Origin: a virus
Taxonomy: Duplodnaviria > Caudoviricetes
DNA length: 56,121 nucleotides
Reading direction: 5' to 3' (one strand)
Virus record (IMG/VR): IMGVR_UViG_3300046328_000525
Location: 1 to 56,121 of that record
Below the pieces are notes generated by a model. The model had not been told where the DNA came from and searched no databases. It was given only the letters and a program-made list of their open reading frames with translations. Each line of letters starts with the position of its first letter. Position 1 is the first letter of the stretch. Shown in pieces: positions 46,962 through 56,121 of the stretch. Both the position numbers and the translations under genes were made by a program.

Positions 46962-48251
46962 ATGAGTAAAAGAGCAGGTAGACATTCATCAAAATCTAAT
47001 GATTTTCTTCAACCACAATCAGTTACAGGATTAACTGCAACAAATGTTGGAACAAATAGACCATATTTAGCAACAGCAAATACCACATCAGCAGCATCTG
47101 CTGCTGGAACAGGAGGCGCTGTATTGCTAAGCTGGGATCTTCCAGCAGGATCTCCAAATGCAACATCATACACAATTACATCTACTCCATCAACATATAC
47201 AGTTAATACTGGAAATTCAGATAAAACTTATACGTTTCAAGGATTAGCATCAGAAGTTTCTTATACATTTTCCGTTATTGCAACAAATGCAGTTGGAAAT
47301 TCTGAAGCAGCAAGCTCTTCATCAGTTTCAGTATCCACAGTCCCTCAAGCACCTCAATCAGCCTCTGCAGTATCTACTACCGCAAACCAAGATACAGTAA
47401 CATGGTCTGCTGGAGCAACTGGAGGGTCTTTAATAACTAGTTATACAATAACTTCTTCTGATGGTCCAGTTTATACAAATGCCGTTTCACCACAATCAAT
47501 TTCAGAAACAGGTGGTACATCTCAGACATATACCATAGTTGCAATAAACGTAAATGGATCATCTTTAGCGGCAACAACATCAAGTGTTACAACTCTTGCA
47601 CCGTTCTTCCCACCGTTCTTCCCACCGTTCTTCCCACCGTTCTTCCCACCGTTCTTCCCACCGTTCTTCCCACCGTTCTTCCCACCGTTCTTCCCACCGT
47701 TCTTCCCACCGTTCTTCCCACCTTACTTCTTGCCACCTTCATTTGCAAGATGTATTGATGAAGATACTCCAATTATGACTGTTGGAGAAGATAATTCAAT
47801 TGAATTCAAGGCAGCAAAATTTGTTTCAATCGGAGATGAAATTTGGGCAGCAACATGGTCTGAATTAGTTGATGAAAAACAAATGGATCCTTATACATGG
47901 ACAAGCAAATCAATCACAGATTTGCAATTAACTAAGACAAAAATTGTAAATATTATTCCATCTGTAAAAGATGTAACAATTACAATTAATGGCGATGCTA
48001 CAAAGAGATTCTCTTTAGAGCAGACAGTCTTAGTAAGAAGAGGAGATGTTTACTTCTTCGGCTCAACTGGAACACTTGAAATTAACGATGTATTAATTGA
48101 AAGAAAAACCAGCGGAGATTTTGTAGAAATTAAAATCTCATCAATTGAAGTTATCGATGAGCAGAGAACAGTTTATGAGTTTGATGCAGATCCAGTAGAT
48201 ATCCTTCTTGCAGGAGGACTCCTGGTTCACAACCTAAAGCGATTCGCATAA
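46962..48251 (+). CDS. FN3-domain virion protein with (PFFP)10 tract and C-terminal Hint domain
   Basis: FN3 motifs; tandem repeat; CIDEDTPI...VYEF...LLVHN. Confidence 0.85.
   Translation: MSKRAGRHSSKSNDFLQPQSVTGLTATNVGTNRPYLATANTTSAASAAGTGGAVLLSWDLPAGSPNATSYTITSTPSTYTVNTGNSDKTYTFQGLASEVSYTFSVIATNAVGNSEAASSSSVSVSTVPQAPQSASAVSTTANQDTVTWSAGATGGSLITSYTITSSDGPVYTNAVSPQSISETGGTSQTYTIVAINVNGSSLAATTSSVTTLAPFFPPFFPPFFPPFFPPFFPPFFPPFFPPFFPPFFPPFFPPYFLPPSFARCIDEDTPIMTVGEDNSIEFKAAKFVSIGDEIWAATWSELVDEKQMDPYTWTSKSITDLQLTKTKIVNIIPSVKDVTITINGDATKRFSLEQTVLVRRGDVYFFGSTGTLEINDVLIERKTSGDFVEIKISSIEVIDEQRTVYEFDADPVDILLAGGLLVHNLKRFA
47601..47720 (+). repeat. 10 perfect copies of CCGTTCTTCCCA
   Basis: counted directly; in-frame PFFP. 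Confidence 0.98.
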
Positions 48252-48252
48252 A

Positions 48253-48957
48253 GTGTCTGTATATCATTTACATATACCTAGAACCGCAGGAATATATCTA
48301 AGTAATAATGTTCTTCCCCACCTGATATCAGGTGGGGTTGAGCATTTTTCTTCCAATAGAAGTATAATTGATCCAGAAAAAATAAAGGCAAGTAGGTATG
48401 TTGCAGGACATTTTGGACTAATGCCACTTGATTTTATGGATCAGCCAGAAGTATTTACCGTTGTAAGAAACCCAGTGGATAGATTTATAAGCTATTTTAA
48501 TTACACTACTGGACTAATAAGAACAAAATCGGAAGCCCACCAAAAACTTGACAGTTGGTTATATGGAAGTCAACAGCAAATCCAATCAAACTTACAGGCT
48601 AAGTTCTTAACTGGATATATGGATTATGAAAAGTTTAATAACGGAGTAAATGAATTTCAAAATGCAGTTAATAACGCCTGGTTTATAAAGAATTATTCTT
48701 TAGACTTTAATGATGTTAAGGCCAATATTGATACTTTTAATTGCTACACTCTTGATAACCATGAGGCTTTTAAGCGGGACCTTAATAAGGTTTTTGAAAA
48801 GGATTTTGGATTTACCACATTTAAGTATTCTGATAAGGCAAATAGATCTAATAATCTAGGTATAGAGATGACAAAATCTCAATTAAAAAGAATTGAAGAA
48901 ATCAATGCTTTAGATATGGAGGTTTACGAGTATGTACAAAAGAATCAAAAAAGATAG
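48253..48957 (+). CDS. sulfotransferase-family protein
   Basis: HLHIPRTAG (5'-PSB), GHF, RNPVDRFIS (3'-PB), N.LDM.VY. Confidence 0.85.
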   Translation: MSVYHLHIPRTAGIYLSNNVLPHLISGGVEHFSSNRSIIDPEKIKASRYVAGHFGLMPLDFMDQPEVFTVVRNPVDRFISYFNYTTGLIRTKSEAHQKLDSWLYGSQQQIQSNLQAKFLTGYMDYEKFNNGVNEFQNAVNNAWFIKNYSLDFNDVKANIDTFNCYTLDNHEAFKRDLNKVFEKDFGFTTFKYSDKANRSNNLGIEMTKSQLKRIEEINALDMEVYEYVQKNQKR

Positions 48958-49528
48958 TAAATGGTCAATTATTGATCAAGGCCAATTTAAAATTGATGGC
49001 ATTTTAAATGAGATTCTAGGTTATACAGATGAGTGGTTTCTAGATCTATCAAGACAGGCATTGGGTGCAGTTCATACACAGACTCAAATGTATAGAATAT
49101 GCGAAACCGACTATGCTTGGGCACCAGGAACGCCAATTGAAACTTTTTATAGAAATGATTTAAAAACACATACCGCTCAAGAAGAACTAAGCAATATATT
49201 TAAATACTTAGAAGATTTTTATAGTGGAACTGTAATTCGGTGCGAAATTATTAAGCTTTTGCCAAACTCAGAAGTTTTAAAGCACACTGACGGAGGAGCA
49301 CTTCTTCATTATTCTAGAAGGGTTCATATACCAATTCTAACAAATAAAAAAATTACATTTACGGTCATGAATAATACTGTACATATGGAAAAGGGCAGGT
49401 GGTATGAAATAAATAATCAAATGCCTCACTCCGTTAGTAATCCAACAGATCAAGAAAGAATACATATAATCATTGACATACTACCAGATGAAATGTTACA
49501 ATTAACACATAAGGAGCAACAACTATGA
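48932..49528 (+). CDS. aspartyl/asparaginyl beta-hydroxylase-like dioxygenase
   Basis: L.P...V..HTD, R.HIPI.TN, EINN...H.V.N....RIH.I.D. Confidence 0.85.
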   Translation: MYKRIKKDSKWSIIDQGQFKIDGILNEILGYTDEWFLDLSRQALGAVHTQTQMYRICETDYAWAPGTPIETFYRNDLKTHTAQEELSNIFKYLEDFYSGTVIRCEIIKLLPNSEVLKHTDGGALLHYSRRVHIPILTNKKITFTVMNNTVHMEKGRWYEINNQMPHSVSNPTDQERIHIIIDILPDEMLQLTHKEQQL

Positions 49529-50184
49529 CAACAAAAAACTTTAATTTTTCTTCTAAGGAAGAGCTTTTCCCAGGCATTTGGGTTTATAGAGATGTGATCA
49601 AGCCAGAATTTGATATTCCTAACAGACTAGAAAAATCAATAGCAGATAGCAATGGTGCATATGAGTGGCAAGAAGCAACTGTTGGTTATAGGCAAAAAAT
49701 GCCAGAATATCGTGACTGTGTTGACTTTAAGATTAAAAAGTTTGACTACCCAAACAAAGACAAACATCAATTAGAATTTGATGCTATTTGGCAGGATGTC
49801 TACGATGCACAGATTGTTGCCGTAAATGATTATTGTGCCAAGTATAGTATTAAGCTAGATTATTGGGAAGCAATGAATTTTATTCGTTATGGCGAAGGAC
49901 AGCACTTCCAGGAGCATGCCGATCATGGATGGTCTTATATAGCCACAGTTTCCGCTGTAGCGTATCCAAATGACGATTACGAAGGTGGAGGCCTCAGCTT
50001 CGGTAAACTGGGCTTAGAGGTCAAGCCAAAGGCTGGAGACCTGTATCTTTTCCCTTCAACATATCTGTTCTCACACAGAGCATTGCCAGTCACTTCTGGA
50101 ATTAAATATTCTATTGTTACCATGATGGATTATAACGACAAAGCTCACACAGTAGCATATAATAACGCAACATACGAGGTTTAA
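49525..50184 (+). CDS. 2OG-Fe(II) oxygenase (P4H-like)
   Basis: HAD, NDDYEGG, FPS.Y...H..PV.SG.KY. Confidence 0.9.
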   Translation: MTTKNFNFSSKEELFPGIWVYRDVIKPEFDIPNRLEKSIADSNGAYEWQEATVGYRQKMPEYRDCVDFKIKKFDYPNKDKHQLEFDAIWQDVYDAQIVAVNDYCAKYSIKLDYWEAMNFIRYGEGQHFQEHADHGWSYIATVSAVAYPNDDYEGGGLSFGKLGLEVKPKAGDLYLFPSTYLFSHRALPVTSGIKYSIVTMMDYNDKAHTVAYNNATYEV

Positions 50185-50186
50185 TT

Positions 50187-50900
50187 ATGTTTGAGCTTGA
50201 TGTCTATAAGGTACGTAAAGATACTGCTTTAATAGAACCATTATCTGTAAAAAGAGACTGGATGGATGAGACTTTTGATGCTCATGCTTATAAGTGTTTT
50301 CCAGTAAGTTTAACAAATGGACTTGGCTGGGGGCTTTCTTTTCCAGAAGACATCACTTTTATCTGGGATGGCATATCAGACTCAACACCAGACCATGTTA
50401 AGATATTGCAAGGTGAAAAGTATGCTTATACAACAAGGGCAAATGCGACTGTCAGCTTTAATACAGGCTTAATGATAAGAACAAAAGAAAATGTAAGTAC
50501 TTTGCAAATGCCAGTTCCTAATTATTTACGTGATGGAGTACAGCCATTTACTACAATAATAAGCACCTCATTTTTTAAGGGCGAGCTACCATGTGCTTGG
50601 AGAATTACGAGACCAAACACTGAAATAACAATTAAAGCGGGAACTCCAATTATTTCTATTCTTCCAATATCACTTACTGATCTTAATAATTCTGAAGCAA
50701 TAATGAAAGATATGTCAGATTTGTCACCTAATTTTTTCCCAACAGAAGAGTATTCTAAAATAGTATACGAAATAAACAAAAGCGGGAAGTGGTCTAATTT
50801 TTATAGAGATGCTGTTGATCATTTAGGGAAAAGCATAGGTAGCCATGAAGTTAAGGCTTTAAGATTAAAAGTTATTGATAGGATTAAAAATGCCAAATAA
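50187..50900 (+). CDS. DUF6065-like protein
   Basis: RDWMD.T...HAY.C.P....N..GW. Confidence 0.75.
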   Translation: MFELDVYKVRKDTALIEPLSVKRDWMDETFDAHAYKCFPVSLTNGLGWGLSFPEDITFIWDGISDSTPDHVKILQGEKYAYTTRANATVSFNTGLMIRTKENVSTLQMPVPNYLRDGVQPFTTIISTSFFKGELPCAWRITRPNTEITIKAGTPIISILPISLTDLNNSEAIMKDMSDLSPNFFPTEEYSKIVYEINKSGKWSNFYRDAVDHLGKSIGSHEVKALRLKVIDRIKNAK

Positions 50901-51615
50901 AATTACATTTCATTCAAACAGAGTTTACAATACACCAAATAGTAATAATTTTCCAGAACCAACTTCTAAGGTAATTCCACAGTGGTATCACGAAGTAGAT
51001 CAATTTTTTAAAGACCCATCTACTGGAAATGATTTTGTAGATCAAGCGGGAAATAAGTATCCGACATTTAAAGCATGCCCTGCAGTTTTAGACTTATTTA
51101 CAACGGGCTATGTTTTAAAAACTCCATGCGATATTGAATTTTATATGCAAGATGGAATTAAAAAAGTTAAAACTTCTTCTGGCTATGAAGAGTTTTGTGG
51201 AGAAAGACCACCAATGCCTGGCTTCCCAACTCCGCATGGCTATTCAGAAAATCATTTCCATTGGTGGCCAAATTGGGCACCAGGTTTGCCAGAAGGATAT
51301 AGCGCACTGTATATCAATCCAATGAATCATTTTGACTTACCTTTTATTACAGTGGCTGGTATAATAGACAACGACAAGATAAATTCTTCAGGGATGATGC
51401 CATTCTTTTTAAAGGAAGATTTTGTCGGAGTAATTAAAGCTGGTACACCATTTGTTCAAGTAATACCTTTTAAAAGAGAAGACTGGGAAATGGATCTGAA
51501 ATTTTATAGTCCCAAAGAACTGCACGACAATTATACTCAAACATATAAAACATTTAGAAAGCCAGAAGGTGGAGTTTACAAAAAGCTCTTTTGGTCAAGA
51601 AGAAAATACAAATAG
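50890..51615 (+). CDS. conserved hypothetical protein often found with oxygenases
   Basis: P.WY, T.K.CP...D....GY, GIID.D, I.AGTP..Q.IPFKRE.W. Confidence 0.75.
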   Translation: MPNKITFHSNRVYNTPNSNNFPEPTSKVIPQWYHEVDQFFKDPSTGNDFVDQAGNKYPTFKACPAVLDLFTTGYVLKTPCDIEFYMQDGIKKVKTSSGYEEFCGERPPMPGFPTPHGYSENHFHWWPNWAPGLPEGYSALYINPMNHFDLPFITVAGIIDNDKINSSGMMPFFLKEDFVGVIKAGTPFVQVIPFKREDWEMDLKFYSPKELHDNYTQTYKTFRKPEGGVYKKLFWSRRKYK

Positions 51616-51623
51616 GAGATAAC

Positions 51624-52313
51624 ATGCAAAGAGAAATTTCTAATAAAAAGCATAACCACGATGGAATTGAATCAATAATTCCTTCGGGATATTTTGGCAG
51701 TTCAAAAGATAACATTGTAGAGTTAGAAAACTTTTTAACCCAAGAAGAAATTGAAAAGCTAGGTAATTTTGCAAGAAATAACACAATCTGGGATTATACA
51801 GAGACTCATGTAAATGAAAATGGCACTGTTATATATGATGCCAATTTATGGGCAGATAGAGTGGCAACACAGCTTTCTTTGAATAAAGCGGATCCAACAG
51901 TTATTACTACTATTGATAATATGATTGAAAGACTTAAGCAGTCTATTGAAGAGTTCTTCAATGTTGTTGTTTCCCCTACTGGACCAGCAATTGTAAGATG
52001 GCCAGTTGGAACAAGACAAGAGCCTCATGCAGATAAAGAGTTACATGAGGGTCCAGATGCTGGAATGCCAAATGATTTTCCACATTATGATATTGCCTCA
52101 ATATTTTATTTAAATGATGATTATGAAGGCGGAGAGCTATACTTCCCGCTTCAAGACATACAATTTAAGCCAAAAACAGGAGGAGCATACTTCTTTCCAG
52201 GAGACAAGAACTACATCCATGGAGTTAAAGAAGTAACTGCAGGATGCAGATATACATCTCCATTTTTTTGGACCGTAATGGAGCATAAGGATAAGTCTAA
52301 TGAACTTAAATAA
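51624..52313 (+). CDS. 2OG-Fe(II) oxygenase (P4H-like)
   Basis: HAD, YLNDDYEGGE, HGV..V..G.RY. Confidence 0.9.
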   Translation: MQREISNKKHNHDGIESIIPSGYFGSSKDNIVELENFLTQEEIEKLGNFARNNTIWDYTETHVNENGTVIYDANLWADRVATQLSLNKADPTVITTIDNMIERLKQSIEEFFNVVVSPTGPAIVRWPVGTRQEPHADKELHEGPDAGMPNDFPHYDIASIFYLNDDYEGGELYFPLQDIQFKPKTGGAYFFPGDKNYIHGVKEVTAGCRYTSPFFWTVMEHKDKSNELK

Positions 52314-52995
52314 TATGGTTCATCTAAAAGATGATATTGTAATATTTGAAAACTTTTTAACGCCAGAGCAATGCAAGTCAATAATTGACTACTGGGATCA
52401 TTCTGTAAATAAAGGCACTTTGCCATGGGACCCAATTTCTTTTTATGAGTCTTATGCGTCTAACTTGCCAAATAATGAAGACGTTTTAAAGTTTAATCTA
52501 CCGTTAGATTTTTTTGAAGAGCTTGAGAATAACATTAAGCTTGGTGTTGAAAAAGCTAGAGGTGGTGGAATGACTAAAGTTAGCTACCACGCACAAAAGT
52601 GGATTACTGGAGGCTTTGCAAGATTCCATTCAGATAATAGTACAGACGGAGAGTATAATGCTTTTGAAAGAAGCAAGTGGGCTACGTTTGTTTATTTAAA
52701 TGACGATTTTGATGGCGGAGAGCTTGCATTTAAAGATAGCGATATAGTCATGAAGCCTAAGGTTGGAATGCTTGCTGCATTTAACGGTGGGGCACACAAT
52801 GAACACGAAGTTAGGCTTATAAAGTCTGGGACAAGATATACTATTGGTTCATTTTGGGATTATGCTGAGTCTGAATATAGCGATGAAAAAAAAGCTCAAT
52901 GGGAAGAAGAGATTCGATCTGTAAGAGAGCAACAGGCACAAATGTTTAAAGAGTGGGAAGAGGCAAGACAGTCTGGGCTAACCCCTAACGCATAA
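52300..52995 (+). CDS. 2OG-Fe(II) oxygenase (P4H-like)
   Basis: HSD, YLNDDF.GGE, HEV....G.RY. Confidence 0.9.
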   Translation: MNLNNMVHLKDDIVIFENFLTPEQCKSIIDYWDHSVNKGTLPWDPISFYESYASNLPNNEDVLKFNLPLDFFEELENNIKLGVEKARGGGMTKVSYHAQKWITGGFARFHSDNSTDGEYNAFERSKWATFVYLNDDFDGGELAFKDSDIVMKPKVGMLAAFNGGAHNEHEVRLIKSGTRYTIGSFWDYAESEYSDEKKAQWEEEIRSVREQQAQMFKEWEEARQSGLTPNA

Positions 52996-53030
52996 TTTGT
53001 ATATAATGAATATAACGGTATAATGTAAGC

Positions 53031-54911
53031 ATGTCCTATAAACTTGATGTACTAAAAGACAACCCAGTAGGCCTATGGCTATTGGATGAAACTAGCGGAT
53101 CTGTATTTTATGATTCCTCACAGTACTCAAATAATGGTGTATATTATGGAACGCTAGACTTTGATTTTTTGCCTATTGTGTCAAACGGGGTAAGCAGTAA
53201 GTTAATTAATAGCGAAACCCATATAGAATATGATGTTAGAACGAATTACTTTGGCGACTTAGACTCTCCAGGATTTGCAACAAAAGATACTTCTGATAAT
53301 GATTTTTCTATAGAAGTTTGGATCTATCCTACTATAGGAGTGTCTCCTGCATATACGCCAATATTTGCTGATAAAATAAGGCAGGTAGGCATATTTTGGC
53401 AATACGGTAATATTGTTTTTAAATTAGAAGATAAGATTTTATCTTATGCAATGCCAAATGTAAATCAAGCGTTTCAAGTTGTAGCAGTTTATTCTGTAGG
53501 AGCAATGTTTATATATGTAAATGGAGAACTTGTTACTTCAAGTTATTTTGAAGAATTTTCTTTTTCAAATACAGCAATACAATTTAAAAGTGGTCCTTCA
53601 TCAAGACCTGAAGATAAATTTTTAATAGATTGTGCTTCTGTTTATAGATATGCTTTAAATTCAGTTCAGGTAAAAAATCATTATATTTCTGCACAAGGGA
53701 TTGCGCCAATTCAAATAGCATCTCCAGATAGCGGACAAATTTTTCAGATATATGATAACGGAATATCTAGGCAATACCAGTATGTTTATCCATTAAACAA
53801 AAGTTGGTCTATGTTTGACAATGCATTATTGCAATATAGTAACACAGAGCAAAGCTTGTACCTGGCTGGAGACGGAACAGAGAATTTAATAGAAACATCA
53901 ATATCTGATGTCATTTCAGTACCTTTGGGATTTGATTTAAACTCTTCAAAAATAGAATGGAAGGCAACAGATGGCGTAGAAGTATATGCAAGCATAGATA
54001 ACGTTTCCTTTTTTAAATGCAAAAATGGATTTTCAATTCCAAAATATAGATACAGTAATTCTGACTTTAATGAATTAAGAAAAGTTTATTTGTCTATAAG
54101 ATTTTCTTCTCAAAACACAATTCATTTTAATCCAAGAATCTATGATCTAATAATCTCATTTTATAATGATAAATCCATATACCCGTTAAATGGTGGTGCA
54201 AAAATATCCCACCTGCTTGATAGCGGCTTTAACTCAAACATCACATTTGGAAACTATCTGTCTCCAGTTCTTATGAGAAACTCAAAAAATGGTCTTATTT
54301 GTAGCCAAGGATCTGGGTTCAATTTAAATACCAAAAAGAATATAAATACAATAGAATTTTTTTATACCCCAAGTTCAACTTATTTAATAGATCCAGCTCT
54401 AATGATTGATATAGTTGCAAGCGGCTTGTTGGTTGATGATGCCGAATCAGCTTCAGCAAGTCAGCCATCAGGACAGGTTTATGCCGATGTTTCGGAAATT
54501 TTGGCAGACAGAGGAAATCTTGTATTTAATGAGGGCTCTTCAACAGAATATTCTTGGGGCATTGATGGTGTAATTACCTCAACCAACATAGCTGCAATAT
54601 ATGTTAATAGGCAAAACAAAACTTCAGAGACCAACATACATGATGTATTTAAAGAAGATAGGCTACATCACGTTGTTATATTCTTTGAAGATCCAGTCAC
54701 AGACGACATAAAGTTTAATTACTCAGTATCTGGATGCCCTGAAGCTGTTTATCAAAATATTGCAATATATGAGCTTGCTGGAACACAGGCATTTGCTGAG
54801 ATGCACTACGACCTCTGGACTGGCAGATATGTGGTATCGGCAGCAGATTCGTCAATGTCCATGACAGAAAATTCCGCAAACGCTTACTCTAATGACTGGG
54901 TTTCTGTATAA
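53031..54911 (+). CDS. LamG/concanavalin-like domain virion protein
   Basis: D.P.G.W.LDE.SG, FSIEVW.YP, IYVNG, YRYAL...QV..HY. Confidence 0.8.
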   Translation: MSYKLDVLKDNPVGLWLLDETSGSVFYDSSQYSNNGVYYGTLDFDFLPIVSNGVSSKLINSETHIEYDVRTNYFGDLDSPGFATKDTSDNDFSIEVWIYPTIGVSPAYTPIFADKIRQVGIFWQYGNIVFKLEDKILSYAMPNVNQAFQVVAVYSVGAMFIYVNGELVTSSYFEEFSFSNTAIQFKSGPSSRPEDKFLIDCASVYRYALNSVQVKNHYISAQGIAPIQIASPDSGQIFQIYDNGISRQYQYVYPLNKSWSMFDNALLQYSNTEQSLYLAGDGTENLIETSISDVISVPLGFDLNSSKIEWKATDGVEVYASIDNVSFFKCKNGFSIPKYRYSNSDFNELRKVYLSIRFSSQNTIHFNPRIYDLIISFYNDKSIYPLNGGAKISHLLDSGFNSNITFGNYLSPVLMRNSKNGLICSQGSGFNLNTKKNINTIEFFYTPSSTYLIDPALMIDIVASGLLVDDAESASASQPSGQVYADVSEILADRGNLVFNEGSSTEYSWGIDGVITSTNIAAIYVNRQNKTSETNIHDVFKEDRLHHVVIFFEDPVTDDIKFNYSVSGCPEAVYQNIAIYELAGTQAFAEMHYDLWTGRYVVSAADSSMSMTENSANAYSNDWVSV

Positions 54912-54980
54912 TTAACAAAAATGTACCTGGGCTTGACAAAAGCTGGACTTATACAACAACTAGTGGTAAAATAAAACACT

Positions 54981-55325
54981 ATGGATATTAAAAAAATAAA
55001 CTCAGCAATTCTAGATGAAGAGACTACACTAGGTCTTTATGTCTGGGAGATGCCAGACGGAAGGTGGATCGGTGATGATGATGGAAACTTTCTTTCGGTT
55101 GCGTCGCAAAAAGGCAACAAGTCAAAGATCGATGCTCTGGCTAGAGAGGTTAGCTCTTATGGCATATATGAGGGGCGCCCATTATTTTTATCAGGACGGC
55201 GCAAAATTGACGATGAAGAATTTGAATACCAGCAAAAAAGATTAGAGTGGGGTATGGTTCCAGATCCACTAGATATTGGAAACTATAAAGACGAAATGAA
55301 GAAGCTTCAGCTTCCAGGGAGATAA
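54981..55325 (+). CDS. hypothetical protein upstream of portal
   Basis: TTGACA promoter; clean ORF. Confidence 0.75.
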   Translation: MDIKKINSAILDEETTLGLYVWEMPDGRWIGDDDGNFLSVASQKGNKSKIDALAREVSSYGIYEGRPLFLSGRRKIDDEEFEYQQKRLEWGMVPDPLDIGNYKDEMKKLQLPGR

Positions 55326-55327
55326 AA

Positions 55328-56121
55328 ATGGAATTTACAGAAGATAAATTTGAAATGCCAGAAGAAGTTCAAATTAAAAATGTCGGAGATATGTTTAGCA
55401 TTTCTAAATCAAAATCTACTGAAGATGATCCGTTTAATGTAGGCGCAGAAGACATAAAAAAATTTACAGGTTTGAGCCCAGCATTTAGAAGAAAAGTCTC
55501 TAGAGAGTTTACAAAATCTTTTACGGGCCAAGATGGTACAGGTACTCAGCAGAATCTGTTGCAGCAGGCAGTAACTGGATATGCCCTATTTGACTTGGTT
55601 CAGCCAGTATATAACCTAGAGTACCTTTCTCAAATTTATGAAGTTTCTACTTATAACTATTCTGCAATAAATGCAAAAGTGGCAAACATTGTAGGGCTAG
55701 GATATGATTTTCTTGAGACTAAAAAAACTAACGATGCTTTTGACTCCATAACAGATGACAAGCAATTAGAAAAGGCACGAAGAAAATTAAACAAGCTTAG
55801 GCAAGACCTTCAGGTGTGGCTAGACTCATGCAATGATGAAGACACATTTACAGAAACTTTAATAAAGGCTTACACCGACCTCGAAGCAACTGGAAACGGA
55901 TACCTAGAAATAGGAAGAACTGCAACAGGAAATATTGGATACATTGGGCATATCCCAGCAAAGACTATGAGAGTAAGAAGGCTGCGTGATGGATTTATTC
56001 AATTGCTTTATGGCAAGGCAGTATTTTTCAGAAACTTTGGAGATGAAGTAACTGAGAACCCAATAGCCTATACAGAATTTGATAGACCAAATGAAGTTAT
56101 TCATTTAAAGAAATATACACC
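55328..56121 (+). CDS. portal protein (5' part, runs off window)
   Basis: AI.AK..NIVGLGY, D.EATGNGYLEI.R, HIPAKTMRVR, NE.IH.K.Y.P. Confidence 0.75.
   Translation, partial: MEFTEDKFEMPEEVQIKNVGDMFSISKSKSTEDDPFNVGAEDIKKFTGLSPAFRRKVSREFTKSFTGQDGTGTQQNLLQQAVTGYALFDLVQPVYNLEYLSQIYEVSTYNYSAINAKVANIVGLGYDFLETKKTNDAFDSITDDKQLEKARRKLNKLRQDLQVWLDSCNDEDTFTETLIKAYTDLEATGNGYLEIGRTATGNIGYIGHIPAKTMRVRRLRDGFIQLLYGKAVFFRNFGDEVTENPIAYTEFDRPNEVIHLKKYT

Noticed and set aside
47601-47720. CRISPR array
   Set aside because: 12-bp tandem units with no spacers, in frame within a CDS; the alternative-frame ORFs (RSSH, GRTV repeats) are shadows
47751-48251. Canonical splicing intein
   Set aside because: The residue after His-Asn is Leu and the C-extein is only 5 aa; kept as a cleavage-type Hint instead
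1-56121. Stop-codon recoding or prophage integration
   Set aside because: Genes are intact in code 11 with all three stops used; no suppressor tRNA, integrase or host flank seen

Overview
A 56 kb, AT-rich fragment of a large tailed dsDNA phage. WhiB, an Lsr2-like protein, AhpC/AhpD and pervasive leaderless promoters point to an actinobacterial host, plausibly a freshwater acI-type one (inference). Layout: (i) 1-20.2 kb, mostly + strand accessory and metabolic genes (WhiB, HslV-like and S8 proteases, thioredoxin, APS kinase fusion, 2OG-Fe(II) oxygenases, GroES, AhpC/D, ThyX, HNH) and 8 tRNAs; (ii) 20.2-20.7 kb, a non-coding convergence zone; (iii) 20.7-30.5 kb, a minus-strand array of small early-type genes; (iv) 30.7-40.8 kb, TauD pair, tRNA-Ile(UAU), glycosyltransferases, a fibre-like protein, lysozyme-like protein and class II RNR; (v) 41-56 kb, tail/fibre genes, a modification-enzyme cluster and the start of a portal gene. 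Most striking: the early array carries about 13 TGTCRG-N10-TAnnnT promoters matching the actinobacterial PafBC (RecA-NDp) DNA-damage promoter, interleaved with CRP-like boxes, GACAC-containing boxes, a fixed-spacing intergenic repeat and a covarying 3' pseudoknot. Separately, an FN3 protein with ten perfect PFFP repeats and a C-terminal Hint domain sits directly upstream of a sulfotransferase and hydroxylase cluster. All calls come from reading motifs by eye; no database searches were run.
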